Shown here: piece after piece, positions 28,669-37,131 of the stretch
Numbering within the stretch: the stretch's first letter is position 1
How the letters are laid out: every line of letters begins with the position of its first letter
Assembly: GCA_046290505.1 (NCBI GenBank)
Contig: JBKAGS010000002.1
Location: 41,790 to 105,789, forward strand
Direction: 5' to 3'
Source: Phycisphaeraceae bacterium
Lineage (GTDB): Bacteria > Planctomycetota > Phycisphaerae > Phycisphaerales > Phycisphaeraceae
DNA: 64,000 nucleotides
The notes under the pieces: generated by a model
Database searches by the model: none
Told to the model about the DNA's origin: nothing
The model's input: only the letters and a program-made list of their open reading frames with translations
Translations under genes and position numbers: made by a program

Positions 28669-30869
28669 CAACCACCTCCACCGGAACCGCCCGGGCACTG
28701 GAACTCTTGGACCTGCTGCCAGAAGGGAGCGCCGCCGCTGCTCATCAGCACGTGGTCACCCCCGGCAGGCGGGCTGAGGATCACCCACTTCAGCCCGTCC
28801 CAGTACAGCATCTCTCCTTCGTCCAGGCCCTTCGGGAGCGCGAGCCACTTTAAATAGATGGGGTCGAGCGGCACCGGGTCGGGCTGTCGGCCGACCAGGT
28901 CGCTGTGGCCCTTGCGGTCGCGGATGTACCGCCAGGTCTCGATCTCGATCCAGGCATACCCATCGGGCGGTGTCGAGGGGTTGGTCGTGACGCCACCACC
29001 GTTGTCTTCCCAAGACATCAATGAAGGGACGCTGTCCTCAACAAGGTTGCTATCCCAGTCCTTGTGCTCGATGAGCAGCTTGTTGTCCGCAGCGCCACCG
29101 GGATCGACGGCCTTGCTTAACCAAGACGGACCACCACCGGGCGGGTCCGTGATGATCTCGTCGTTCAAGAATCCGGGGGTCGTGTCGGTCGCGTCGGTGT
29201 AGACCACGCCCGGCAGCTTGATGTAGTGCTTGATCGGCTGCATCCCACCATCGATCTGTGGCGAGAGCAGGCTGTGGTGCTTGGCGTCGAAGTGGTCGCG
29301 GACCTCCTGGTACTCGATGTACGGCGCGAGGTTGGGCTGGGCCTGCAGGATCTCCACGCCGTTGCCACCGACGAGATTGCCGGGGACCGGGTCGGACTTC
29401 TGGACATTGGGCTCGTCCCAGTCGTTGTGCTCGAGCAGCAGCTTGTTGTCAGCGACGCCGCCGGGGTCAACCGTTTTCTTAATCCATTCGTGTCCGCCGC
29501 CGGGAGGGGTGACGATGATCTCTTCGTCGAGGTAGCCGGGCGTGGTGTCGTCGGCATCAGTCTTGACCTTGAACGATCCCAGCGACTCGGGGTCGAGCAC
29601 GAACCACGGTGCCCAGCCCTTGCCGTCGTTGTCCTGATTCATGAACATCTTGCCGAGGACGTGGACGTGATCGCTGTTGCCGGGGTCGCCGGTGATGTCT
29701 GTGGAGGATGGGGCCTGCTCGGTGCCGTAGAGCGAGTAGCCTGTGTCAGGCAACCACTGCTGGTAGCCCTTGAATGCTTCGGTTCTACTGAAGATGCAAC
29801 CGCCGATGCCGTTGACCTCAGTTGCATAGCGCACATAGACAAAGATGCTGTCGCTGGAAAAGTCCGTGTAGAGCGGACGCCCCAGCGCGTTACGCCAGAC
29901 CTTGATCGTCTGCTCCTGGTCCTGGTCGTCGAGGATCGGCGTTCCCGCTTCGTCAGTGATCGTCAATTCGATGTCGGCATCGAATGGCACATCGCTCTCG
30001 CCTGAGACGGGCTTACCGAAGCCGATGGTCTGCGGCAGCTCATACTGGAAGAGCCACGCGGGTAGTAGGCCTGACTCGGGGTTCTGAGGGTCGAAGGCCG
30101 GGTTGGGTAGCGCGAGCACGACGGTATCGATGGGGATGTTCGCGGTCGCGTTGACCTCGTAGAGCGTGCCGCTGTTGGTGCCGGTCAGGCCATGGACGAC
30201 CGAGGACCAGGTCAATCCGCCTTCGCCGTCGTCCACGACCTCGACCTGCTGCCAGCTGTCGTAAACACCGAGGTTGTCGGGAGCGGTCGCCGTGATCTGG
30301 AACCAGAAGCCGGTGGTCACACTGTTGCCGATCCGGACGACCGCCCAGACATCGCCTGCCTGCGGCTGATGCCACAAGACATCGACGGACCCACCGACCT
30401 TCGGGCCCAGCGCGACCGCGTCCTGGTCCATGATCTCGGCCTCGGCGTAGGTCTTGGTCCCGTCATCCACGCGCAATCGTGCGACGGTGATGCCCGAGAT
30501 GCAGGCCCGGCCCACCGCGTCGGCGGCGATAGGCTCAAGCAGCACAACGAACTTCCCCGCATGCTCCATGGCATCCGGCGTATCGCCACGGAAGGCCACC
30601 GCGTTCATGAACGACCGCTCCGCGCCGGCAGGCCCGTCGGGCAGGAACAGCGGCTCGCCCAGGCCGAGCACATCGAACCGGGCGCGGTCTGTGCCCGACT
30701 CGTTCTTGACCATGACGATCCCGGACGAGCGCGAAGTCGGCGTGGCCTGCTGCCCAAGGTTAGCGGTGCGAGCGCGGAAGTCCTGTGCCGCGTCGATGAA
30801 CGCGTTGTATGTGGTCGCGGGGATCACCAGCGCATCGCCGGAGCGGACTTTCTTCATGCCGTCACTCAT
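28668..30869 (-). CDS. Large tail tip / host-specificity protein with an internal ~49-aa duplication
   Basis: 733 aa. The start overlaps the upstream stop (ATGA). Third gene after the tape measure. Repeats TDADDTTPGYLDEEIIVTPPGGGHEWIKKTVDPGGVADNKLLLEHNDWD and TDATDTTPGFLNDEIITDPPGGGPSWLSKAVDPGGAADNKLLIEHKDWD. Confidence 0.6.
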   Translation of the reverse strand: MSDGMKKVRSGDALVIPATTYNAFIDAAQDFRARTANLGQQATPTSRSSGIVMVKNESGTDRARFDVLGLGEPLFLPDGPAGAERSFMNAVAFRGDTPDAMEHAGKFVVLLEPIAADAVGRACISGITVARLRVDDGTKTYAEAEIMDQDAVALGPKVGGSVDVLWHQPQAGDVWAVVRIGNSVTTGFWFQITATAPDNLGVYDSWQQVEVVDDGEGGLTWSSVVHGLTGTNSGTLYEVNATANIPIDTVVLALPNPAFDPQNPESGLLPAWLFQYELPQTIGFGKPVSGESDVPFDADIELTITDEAGTPILDDQDQEQTIKVWRNALGRPLYTDFSSDSIFVYVRYATEVNGIGGCIFSRTEAFKGYQQWLPDTGYSLYGTEQAPSSTDITGDPGNSDHVHVLGKMFMNQDNDGKGWAPWFVLDPESLGSFKVKTDADDTTPGYLDEEIIVTPPGGGHEWIKKTVDPGGVADNKLLLEHNDWDEPNVQKSDPVPGNLVGGNGVEILQAQPNLAPYIEYQEVRDHFDAKHHSLLSPQIDGGMQPIKHYIKLPGVVYTDATDTTPGFLNDEIITDPPGGGPSWLSKAVDPGGAADNKLLIEHKDWDSNLVEDSVPSLMSWEDNGGGVTTNPSTPPDGYAWIEIETWRYIRDRKGHSDLVGRQPDPVPLDPIYLKWLALPKGLDEGEMLYWDGLKWVILSPPAGGDHVLMSSGGAPFWQQVQEFQCPGGSGGGG

Positions 30870-31705
30870 GATCCAATCCCCAGCGCCGCGAAGTTGCCGT
30901 CCTCGTAGACCTTCTCGACGTAGGCCGCGATCGGCTGCTTGACCAGGGTGTTGCTCGCGGTATCCTCGACGTCTGCGTAGCGCACCCAGAGGTACTCCCA
31001 GCCCTTCTTGGCGATGCCCGCGATCGGCCCGACACTGATGCCGGTGCGGTTGGGCGAGCCCGCGAAGCGGAAGGTGATCTCCCAGTCGCCCCCGGAAGGA
31101 TCGCTATCCGGCACACGCCGAGAGCCCGACGCGCCGAGGAACAGGCACTCGCCAGCAGCCAGCCCGCGGAAACTCCCGTTGTTCACCTTGCCGGTCAGGT
31201 TGAAGAGCGTGCCCTTGTAGGCGTTGGTGACGTTCGCAGCCGGGATGTAGTGCGTCTCGGAGAAGTTGTAGACCGGGATCGTGATGTCCACGCCTTCGAC
31301 GTTGTCGTGAGTAACACCGATCGCCCCTTTGAAGTCTGGCGCGGGACCGCTGGCCGAGTAACTCCCGACGGTCGAGAGCGACTGGGTGATGTGCTGGGTG
31401 CCGCCACCGGTGTCGAAGCTGAAGGTCGAGTCGCCGGTCTCGGGCTCCTCGTACTGCGACGGCGCGTAGTTGACCGTACCCGTCCAGATGCAGCGGTCGG
31501 CATTGATCGGGTCGGTGTCGATGTAGACCGGCTCAAGCGTCGGGTTCTGCCGCAGCAGGTCCTGGAAGATCAGCGGCGATGTCGCCTTGAGTGAAGCCAC
31601 CGCAGCGCCCTCGTCGGCCGTGCCACGGACGATGTACGTCAGCGTCGCCGATTCCTTCTCGGTGAACTCCCGCGAGTCGATCTGTTCGGTGCAGGTGATC
31701 GGCAT
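30866..31705 (-). CDS. Tail protein (distal-tail-like by position)
   Basis: 279-aa ORF starting 13 nt after the tape-measure stop. No motif recognised. Confidence 0.5.
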   Translation of the reverse strand: MPITCTEQIDSREFTEKESATLTYIVRGTADEGAAVASLKATSPLIFQDLLRQNPTLEPVYIDTDPINADRCIWTGTVNYAPSQYEEPETGDSTFSFDTGGGTQHITQSLSTVGSYSASGPAPDFKGAIGVTHDNVEGVDITIPVYNFSETHYIPAANVTNAYKGTLFNLTGKVNNGSFRGLAAGECLFLGASGSRRVPDSDPSGGDWEITFRFAGSPNRTGISVGPIAGIAKKGWEYLWVRYADVEDTASNTLVKQPIAAYVEKVYEDGNFAALGIGS

Positions 31706-31717
31706 GGGTTCCGGGCG

Positions 31718-33730
31718 TTAAGCGAATGTCACGCCACCGGCGACGGCGGCTTGGGCGAGTCTCTTGGTGTTCTTCGCTGTCTCTTCGGTGGCCTTGGCGG
31801 TGCGGTCGGCGGCGTTGCCGGTACTCAGGCCGCGTGCGCCGGCGGCATAAAACGTTCCGCGCACGCCGACCTTGGCGACCTCGGCATCAACGACATCACC
31901 GATCCCTTCGAGGGCATCCCGCGCCCGGTCGATGATGGCGTCTGGGTCTTCGAGTTGGCCGGGGCCGGCATCTTCGGATTCTTTTTCTTCACGCTTCTGG
32001 CGGGCCTCGTCCACAGCACGTTGCCATTCTTCGCGGGCGCGCTGGAGGTCCTGCTCGTTCTCCGACATCCGTTGGGCATACTCATCTTCGAGTTCCTGCT
32101 GGCGGTCGAGGTTCTCCTGACCGATGCCTGCGAGGGTCTGCTCGTGGATGGCGCGTGCCCGTTCACGTTCACGCTGTCGCTGGGCCTCGCGCTCGGCGAT
32201 CCGTCGCTGCTGGTCGTCCTCGATCTGTGCGATCGCGGCGTTCTTCTGGTCCTCGACGAGCTGGTTCTCGGCCTGCAGGTCGATCGAGTCGTCGAACAAC
32301 GACTTGATCCAGTTCCACGCCTTCTTCGCGCCGGCCTTGATACGCTCCCAGGTCGCGGCGAAGAAACCCACGAACCCCTGCCACGCCTTGGCGAAGAAGG
32401 CGGTTGTCTCGATCCAGCCCACTTCGAGCGCGTGCCAGACGATCTCGGCGATGGCGAGTAGCCCATGCCAGGCGTCGTACCCGATCTGGATGAAGAACCC
32501 GCGGAAGCCCAGCCACATGTTCTCGAGGAAGTTGGTCCCGCGGGTCCATTCCATCTTGATCGTCAGCCAGAGGACCTTGACCGCCAGGCCGATGTCCCCG
32601 GCCGCAAGTGCATCCGCGATGCCCTGGTACGCCTTGAGCGCATCGTCCTTGAGGACCATGAACTTCTGGCCCAACCATGACAACGCCTTGGCTCCGGCGT
32701 CGGTGGCATAGATCAGATATGCAGCCAAACCTGCAACCGCAGCGATCACGATGCCGATGGGCGAGACAAGGAACAGCAGCACCGCTCCTAGGGTCTTGAT
32801 GACGAGAACCACGGTCGTGATGACTGTGATAAATGCGCCGAGCACACCAGCGAAAATGGAGATCGTTGTGCCAAGGAGTGTGATCGCCACACCAACCGCT
32901 ATGACAGCAACCACGACCTTCAGGACCGTGGCGATGACGGTGCGGTTCTCATTCATCCACGCGGAGACCTGCACGCTCAGCGCCGTGATCGTGTCGGCGA
33001 CCTTCTGCAATGTCGGGGCGAGCGCCGCGCCGATATGGAACACGCCCATCTTGACGACCTTCCAAAGCCGGTCGAGCGCGTCGGTGAACTCCTCAGCAGC
33101 GGCGGCGTCCTCGCCGGACATCGTCAGCCCGAGCCGGCGTGCCTCGGCCTGGAGGACCTCGATGCCCCGAGCACCACTGGCGAACATCGGCAGGAGGTTG
33201 GTGCCGGTGCGACCGAACAACGTCATCGCGATCGCGGCCTTGCGGGTCGGGTCCTCGATCATCGAGATACGGTCGGCCAGGAGCTTGAACTGCTCCTCGG
33301 GGGAGAGTCCATCTAGGTCGGCGAAGGTCAGCCCGAGGTCGCTGAGTGCATCGACCTGCGTCGAGAGACCACGCCCCGCGTCGTAGATCGAGCGCTGCAT
33401 CTTGCGGAAGGCCATCTCAAGTGACTCGAACTCCGTGCCGGTCTGGGTGGCCACGAATCGCAGCTCGCTGAGGGTTTCGACGGACAGGCCGGTCCGCTTG
33501 GCCATCTTGGCGACCTGGTCCCCGTATCCGCTGAAGAGCTTGGCCGAGGCGACCAGCGGCGCGAGCATGGCCGATCCCAGTGCGGTCAGTTTCAGGCCGA
33601 AGTTACGGATTGAGTCCCCGAATGCCCGTAGCCGACGCTCGGCCCGGCGGAGTCCGCGCACGAGCTTGCTGTCGTCGGCGAAGAGCTCGACGAACGCCCG
33701 GCCCGCTCGGATGCCCTGGGTTCCTGCCAT
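31718..33730 (-). CDS. Tail tape measure protein
   Basis: 670 aa. N-terminal TP901-type core (KMAKRTGLSVETLSELRFVATQTGTEFESLEMAFRKMQ; AIAMTLFGRTGTNLLPMF), central multi-TM-like hydrophobic block, coiled-coil C-terminus. Confidence 0.85.
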   Translation of the reverse strand: MAGTQGIRAGRAFVELFADDSKLVRGLRRAERRLRAFGDSIRNFGLKLTALGSAMLAPLVASAKLFSGYGDQVAKMAKRTGLSVETLSELRFVATQTGTEFESLEMAFRKMQRSIYDAGRGLSTQVDALSDLGLTFADLDGLSPEEQFKLLADRISMIEDPTRKAAIAMTLFGRTGTNLLPMFASGARGIEVLQAEARRLGLTMSGEDAAAAEEFTDALDRLWKVVKMGVFHIGAALAPTLQKVADTITALSVQVSAWMNENRTVIATVLKVVVAVIAVGVAITLLGTTISIFAGVLGAFITVITTVVLVIKTLGAVLLFLVSPIGIVIAAVAGLAAYLIYATDAGAKALSWLGQKFMVLKDDALKAYQGIADALAAGDIGLAVKVLWLTIKMEWTRGTNFLENMWLGFRGFFIQIGYDAWHGLLAIAEIVWHALEVGWIETTAFFAKAWQGFVGFFAATWERIKAGAKKAWNWIKSLFDDSIDLQAENQLVEDQKNAAIAQIEDDQQRRIAEREAQRQRERERARAIHEQTLAGIGQENLDRQQELEDEYAQRMSENEQDLQRAREEWQRAVDEARQKREEKESEDAGPGQLEDPDAIIDRARDALEGIGDVVDAEVAKVGVRGTFYAAGARGLSTGNAADRTAKATEETAKNTKRLAQAAVAGGVTFA

Positions 33731-33738
33731 GGGTTCCC

Positions 33739-33945
33739 TTAGTCAGGCTTCTTGTTAAGACGGGCCCGTGCGGCCGCGACCTCCGCATCGACCCGTGTAT
33801 CGGTCAGGTCGGCGGCGGCGAGGATGGACTCACGCTGTTCGGCGGTGAGTACCCCGGCCTGCTCGGCCAAGCGGTACTGGGACAGCCCGAGGTCCAGCAG
33901 CGATCGGGCGGATTGGATCAGGGCGAGGATTTCAGCGGGGGTCAT
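33739..33945 (-). CDS. Small helical hypothetical protein
   Basis: ATG at 33945 with GGAG 9 nt upstream; the ORF-track start at 33972 is a TTG. 68 aa. Confidence 0.45.
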   Translation of the reverse strand: MTPAEILALIQSARSLLDLGLSQYRLAEQAGVLTAEQRESILAAADLTDTRVDAEVAAARARLNKKPD

Positions 33946-34267
33946 CGGGGATGTCTCCGTTTTGTAAGGCAATGATGTGGATCAGCAACGTCTCCACGAG
34001 GTCGAGCGCGGCATCAAAGCCCGGCCCGCCGTCGGGTAGTTGCGCCTGGGCCAGGTCGAGCTGCTGCCGGGCGGTCTGGAGCAGTTCGCCGTAGCGGACG
34101 ATCTCCTCGTCGGGCAGGACTGGGACATGGGCCAGGTAGATGCGGTTGGCGGTGTTGAGCGCCTCGCGCTGCTGAAACCAGCGGTCCTCGGGCGTCGCCG
34201 CGCAACCGGCCACGGCCAGGAGCGCGAACAGCACGATCAGGTTCAGAACGGGTCGGATGGGTTTCAT
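33932..34267 (-). CDS. Predicted lipoprotein
   Basis: Internal ATG at 34267 with AGGAG 7 nt upstream. The N-terminus MKPIRPVLNLIVLFALLAVAGC is a lipobox signal peptide. The upstream 89 codons of the track ORF look like out-of-frame GC-rich junk. Confidence 0.6.
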   Translation of the reverse strand: MKPIRPVLNLIVLFALLAVAGCAATPEDRWFQQREALNTANRIYLAHVPVLPDEEIVRYGELLQTARQQLDLAQAQLPDGGPGFDAALDLVETLLIHIIALQNGDIPDDPR

Positions 34268-34283
34268 CTGTCGTCTCCTTGGG

Positions 34284-34655
34284 TCAGGGCTTGGACAACC
34301 CGCCGAAGCGGTCGAGGTCGGCATGCTTGATCTGGATGCCCTGCTTGATCTGCTCGACGAGCTTGGCCGGGGCCTCTTTGCCGTTGTTCGCCTCGGCGTA
34401 GGCCTTGAGCACAAACCGAAGCGCCGCGTCGAGCTTGGCAAGGCCGGCGTCGGGCGTGTCGTCAGCGATCTGCTTCTCGGCCAGCTTGATCGCGGTGATG
34501 ATCGAGCCTTCCCACTGCCGCCACTTCTCCTCAAACGGGTTGAACTTGCTGGCCAGCCAGATGAAGAAGCCGACCACGGCCACCCAGGTGATGGCGAAGC
34601 CGACGCCGGAGTTGAAGAACGCGTTGATCGCTTCGAACAGGTCAGTGAGTTTCAT
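34284..34655 (-). CDS. Single-pass membrane protein (resembles an LL-H-type holin, weakly supported)
   Basis: 123 aa. N-terminal TM segment GVGFAITWVAVVGFFIWLA, then an amphipathic helical domain (AIKLAEKQIADD...LDAALRFVLKAY). The ATG lies 2 nt after the upstream stop. Confidence 0.5.
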   Translation of the reverse strand: MKLTDLFEAINAFFNSGVGFAITWVAVVGFFIWLASKFNPFEEKWRQWEGSIITAIKLAEKQIADDTPDAGLAKLDAALRFVLKAYAEANNGKEAPAKLVEQIKQGIQIKHADLDRFGGLSKP

Positions 34656-34656
34656 G

Positions 34657-35076
34657 TCATTTGCCTTTCATGCCCGTCAGGGCTTCGCGGAGGAACTGGA
34701 GGTCCTGGTTGTCGGCGACCTTCCGTGATCGCCGGGTTCGTTCGTAGGGGTCAAAGTCCGATGGTTTGAATGGCCGGTGCTTCTTCGGGTCGCGGTTGGC
34801 GTTGGCGATCAGGCAGCAGAGCATCGAGGTGTGCGCCCAGCGTTCCCGGCCCAGGCCCTCGGCCATCCACAACAATTCACGCAACGTCAGTTCTTTAAGC
34901 TCGCTGGGTCCGAGGCCGAGGCTTCCTGCAAGCCGCCAGACATCGCTCCAAGGATCGTCTGGTCGATGTTGATGCTGTCGATCCGTGTTTCGATCGCGGT
35001 CACCGCCGCGTCGATCATGGCCATCTGCTTGGCGACCGCCTTGGCCCGATCCTTGCGCCCGCGCGATTGGAAAAAA
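34657..35076 (-). CDS. Putative -1 frameshift extension of the tail chaperone (gpT-like; rcc01693-family-like domain)
   Basis: The -1 frame encodes PWSDVWRLAGSLGLGPSELKELTLRELLWMAEGLG (W..L.R.G..LGL.P.E...LT..EL pattern). That frame has no ATG/GTG/TTG for more than 40 codons upstream of the domain. Confidence 0.45.
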   Translation of the reverse strand, partial: FFPIARAQGSGQGGRQADGHDRRGGDRDRNTDRQHQHRPDDPWSDVWRLAGSLGLGPSELKELTLRELLWMAEGLGRERWAHTSMLCCLIANANRDPKKHRPFKPSDFDPYERTRRSRKVADNQDLQFLREALTGMKGK

Positions 35077-35366
35077 TTGACCAGCTCCTCGTAAAACGCC
35101 TTCTGCGCCGCGAGCAGCGTCTGCCCGTCGAAACAGGCCCTCACGTCGTCCTCCGTAACCTTGTGCACGGCGAACTGGCCCTCGAGCATCACGCAGAGGA
35201 CCTCGCCGAGCAGCATCTCGTCGGTGCCAAGGCGGGTAAGCAGAGGCGGGTCGCCTTGCTCGGGCTGGAGCAGGTCGATGTCGAGCCTGGCCTTCACCGT
35301 CATCGCGGTGCCGAGGTTCAGCGTCAGCGTCCAACTGCGTCCGTTAGCGTCAGTGAATGTTTTCAT
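34887..35366 (-). CDS. Tail assembly chaperone (gpG-like)
   Basis: 159 aa, directly after the major tail gene. Contains the slippery T_TTT_TTC at codons 97-99. Confidence 0.6.
   Translation of the reverse strand: MKTFTDANGRSWTLTLNLGTAMTVKARLDIDLLQPEQGDPPLLTRLGTDEMLLGEVLCVMLEGQFAVHKVTEDDVRACFDGQTLLAAQKAFYEELVNFFQSRGRKDRAKAVAKQMAMIDAAVTAIETRIDSINIDQTILGAMSGGLQEASASDPASLKN
35070..35076 (-). promoter_or_regulatory. Candidate -1 programmed frameshift heptamer T_TTT_TTC
   Basis: On the minus strand, aat ttt ttc is in the gpG-like frame. It is the only canonical X_XXY_YYZ found upstream of the T-like domain. Confidence 0.4.
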
Positions 35367-35388
35367 GTGGTGTCAGTCCGTAGGGGTA

Positions 35389-35832
35389 TTAAGGAAGGGG
35401 AACTTCGTACCACTCGTCGAAGACGGCGAGTTTGGCGGTGACGCTGACCATGACCGCTTCTTCGAGCGGTTCGCCGCGACTGAAGTTGGTGATGGAGAAG
35501 TCCGCGACCGGGCCCTCGGTCCCCTCGGCGGCCTGATCGCCGGTGAGTACGGCCAGGCGCAAAGTGCTCGAGGTGAGGTAAGCGGTCTTCACGGCGTCGA
35601 AGCCGGCGTCGCCGGGCTTCCAGAGCATCTCGAACTCGGCGGTGCATTCGCGCAGGGTCGGCGCGGTGGCCCGCCAGCCCTGGTTCGCGCGGGTGGTCAC
35701 GTCGGCTTCGCCGGCCTCGAGGTTGAGCGTCACGTCCTTGACGTTGCTCATCTCGGTGAGGCTGGCCAGGACCGTGCCCGCGGGCCCCTGGTAAATCTTG
35801 GCGTTCATGCCGAGCAGGAATTCTTGCGGCAT
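35389..35832 (-). CDS. Major tail protein
   Basis: 147 aa with a TP901-1/phi13-like look (MNAKIYQGPAG...DVTLNLEAGEADVTTR...WKPGDAGFDAVKTAY). Sits between the head-tail genes and the chaperones. Confidence 0.7.
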   Translation of the reverse strand: MPQEFLLGMNAKIYQGPAGTVLASLTEMSNVKDVTLNLEAGEADVTTRANQGWRATAPTLRECTAEFEMLWKPGDAGFDAVKTAYLTSSTLRLAVLTGDQAAEGTEGPVADFSITNFSRGEPLEEAVMVSVTAKLAVFDEWYEVPLP

Positions 35833-35843
35833 CGTGGTATTCC

Positions 35844-36275
35844 TTATGAAGAGACGCTGTCACGCCACATGGCGGGCAGCTTGGGTTGTTCTTGTTCGAA
35901 GGCTGGGCCCATGAAGGGCCTGCCCCGGTAGTTGGCTCGGACACGCTTGCCGCGTCGGTTCAGAGTCGTGCTTCCGCCGTATTCGAGGAGTTCGGGCGCT
36001 TGGCCACGCCCGTTCTGCGAGAGGCGGACCGGCCCGATGACCACGCTGTTGGCGGAGGGGTCGTAGCCGAAGTAGATGAACTTCTTGAGCAGGCCGGTGT
36101 GACTCGATGGGGGAGTACCGGGCTCGCTGACCTTCTTGCGTTTGCGGATGCTGCTGCGAGCGGTGCGGCGCACGAACGCCCCGAAGCGCGAGAGCACACG
36201 TCGAGTCCCGGCATCGACTTTGTCACGGACGGCCTTCTTGTCGAAGAAGAGCTTGGTGATCTCGAACCCGATCAT
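35844..36275 (-). CDS. Tail completion / HK97 gp10-like morphogenesis protein
   Basis: 143 aa. RRTARSSIRKRKKVSEPGTPPSSHTGLLKKFIYFGYD resembles that family. ATGA overlap with the upstream gene. Confidence 0.5.
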   Translation of the reverse strand: MIGFEITKLFFDKKAVRDKVDAGTRRVLSRFGAFVRRTARSSIRKRKKVSEPGTPPSSHTGLLKKFIYFGYDPSANSVVIGPVRLSQNGRGQAPELLEYGGSTTLNRRGKRVRANYRGRPFMGPAFEQEQPKLPAMWRDSVSS

Positions 36276-36535
36276 GGGCGCACCTCCTGCCCCGGACGAT
36301 CCGGGCGGGTCGGAACGCGGCGCTGCGGCTTGGCCGTGAGTTTGAGTCGGTCGATCTCCGCGTCGATCTCGGACTTCGTCCCCGCGACCATCGTGTTGCG
36401 GGGATGTGTACCGAACTTCCCACTTCCGGGGGCGACGACCTCGATGATCTGTGTGCCGTCGTGGACGAGGACGTATTCGTCCTCGTGCCCGTCGGAGAGC
36501 TTCACTTGCACGGTTGTGGGTTGAATCTGCTTCAT
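36272..36535 (-). CDS. Hypothetical phage protein
   Basis: 87-aa ORF, ATG start, coupled to the downstream gene. Confidence 0.45.
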   Translation of the reverse strand: MKQIQPTTVQVKLSDGHEDEYVLVHDGTQIIEVVAPGSGKFGTHPRNTMVAGTKSEIDAEIDRLKLTAKPQRRVPTRPDRPGQEVRP

Positions 36536-36555
36536 AAACCTTCCGGGGGCGGGGG

Positions 36556-37131
36556 TTAGTTGTGGTAGACGTTCCAGCCGCGATTGACGAGGATGGCCTT
36601 GAGTGCGAGGCCGTCGGGGTTTGATGGCGATGCGCTGCCGCCGCCGTTCATCTGCAGGTAGCCGTTGGTGGCACCGTTATTCACGAGGTCTTCAAGGAGT
36701 TGATCCACGGCCGCGACGCTGAAATTGCAGCCGTAGGCGTAGAGGTAATTGAGGTTGGTGCAGCCGCTGAAGTCCATCGACTCGATCGCGGTGCAGTCAT
36801 AGAGGTCCAGGCTGTTCAGAACCGTCTGGTCGTGCGCGTCGATCGTGATCAGGCTCTGGTTGTAGCTCGCGTACACATACGACAGGTTGGGGGCCTGCCA
36901 GAGGTCGAGCGTGATGAAGCTGCATCCGTAGATCGAGAGGTAGGAGAGGTTCGGCAGCTCGTCCCACGGCAGCGACTGGATCGGGTTGTAGTCGCAGTAC
37001 ATCTCGTAGAGATTGGGCATGTTGAAATGCGACACCTCAGTCACGCTGCTGTCCCAAGGCATGCCAAGGAATGACCACTCGCGCATCGGCGGCTGGCTGA
37101 CCACAGGTAATGGCTCTTGGATGAACGGCAT
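36556..37131 (-). CDS. Leucine-rich-repeat (LRR) protein inside the head-tail module
   Basis: ATG at 37131 overlaps the upstream stop (TGATG). About 191 aa with ~22-aa repeats (LPNLSYLSIYGCSFITLDL / APNLSYVYASYNQSLITIDA / VLNSLDLYDCTAIESMDF / CTNLNYLYAYGCNFS). GC is visibly lower than in its neighbours. Confidence 0.65.
   Translation of the reverse strand: MPFIQEPLPVVSQPPMREWSFLGMPWDSSVTEVSHFNMPNLYEMYCDYNPIQSLPWDELPNLSYLSIYGCSFITLDLWQAPNLSYVYASYNQSLITIDAHDQTVLNSLDLYDCTAIESMDFSGCTNLNYLYAYGCNFSVAAVDQLLEDLVNNGATNGYLQMNGGGSASPSNPDGLALKAILVNRGWNVYHN

Noticed and set aside
34887-34905. CUUAAAG near the gpG-like stop as the frameshift site.
   Set aside because: A shift there would exclude the conserved W..L.R.G..LGL.P.E motif, which is encoded upstream in the -1 frame. 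The heptamer is also non-canonical at its first position.
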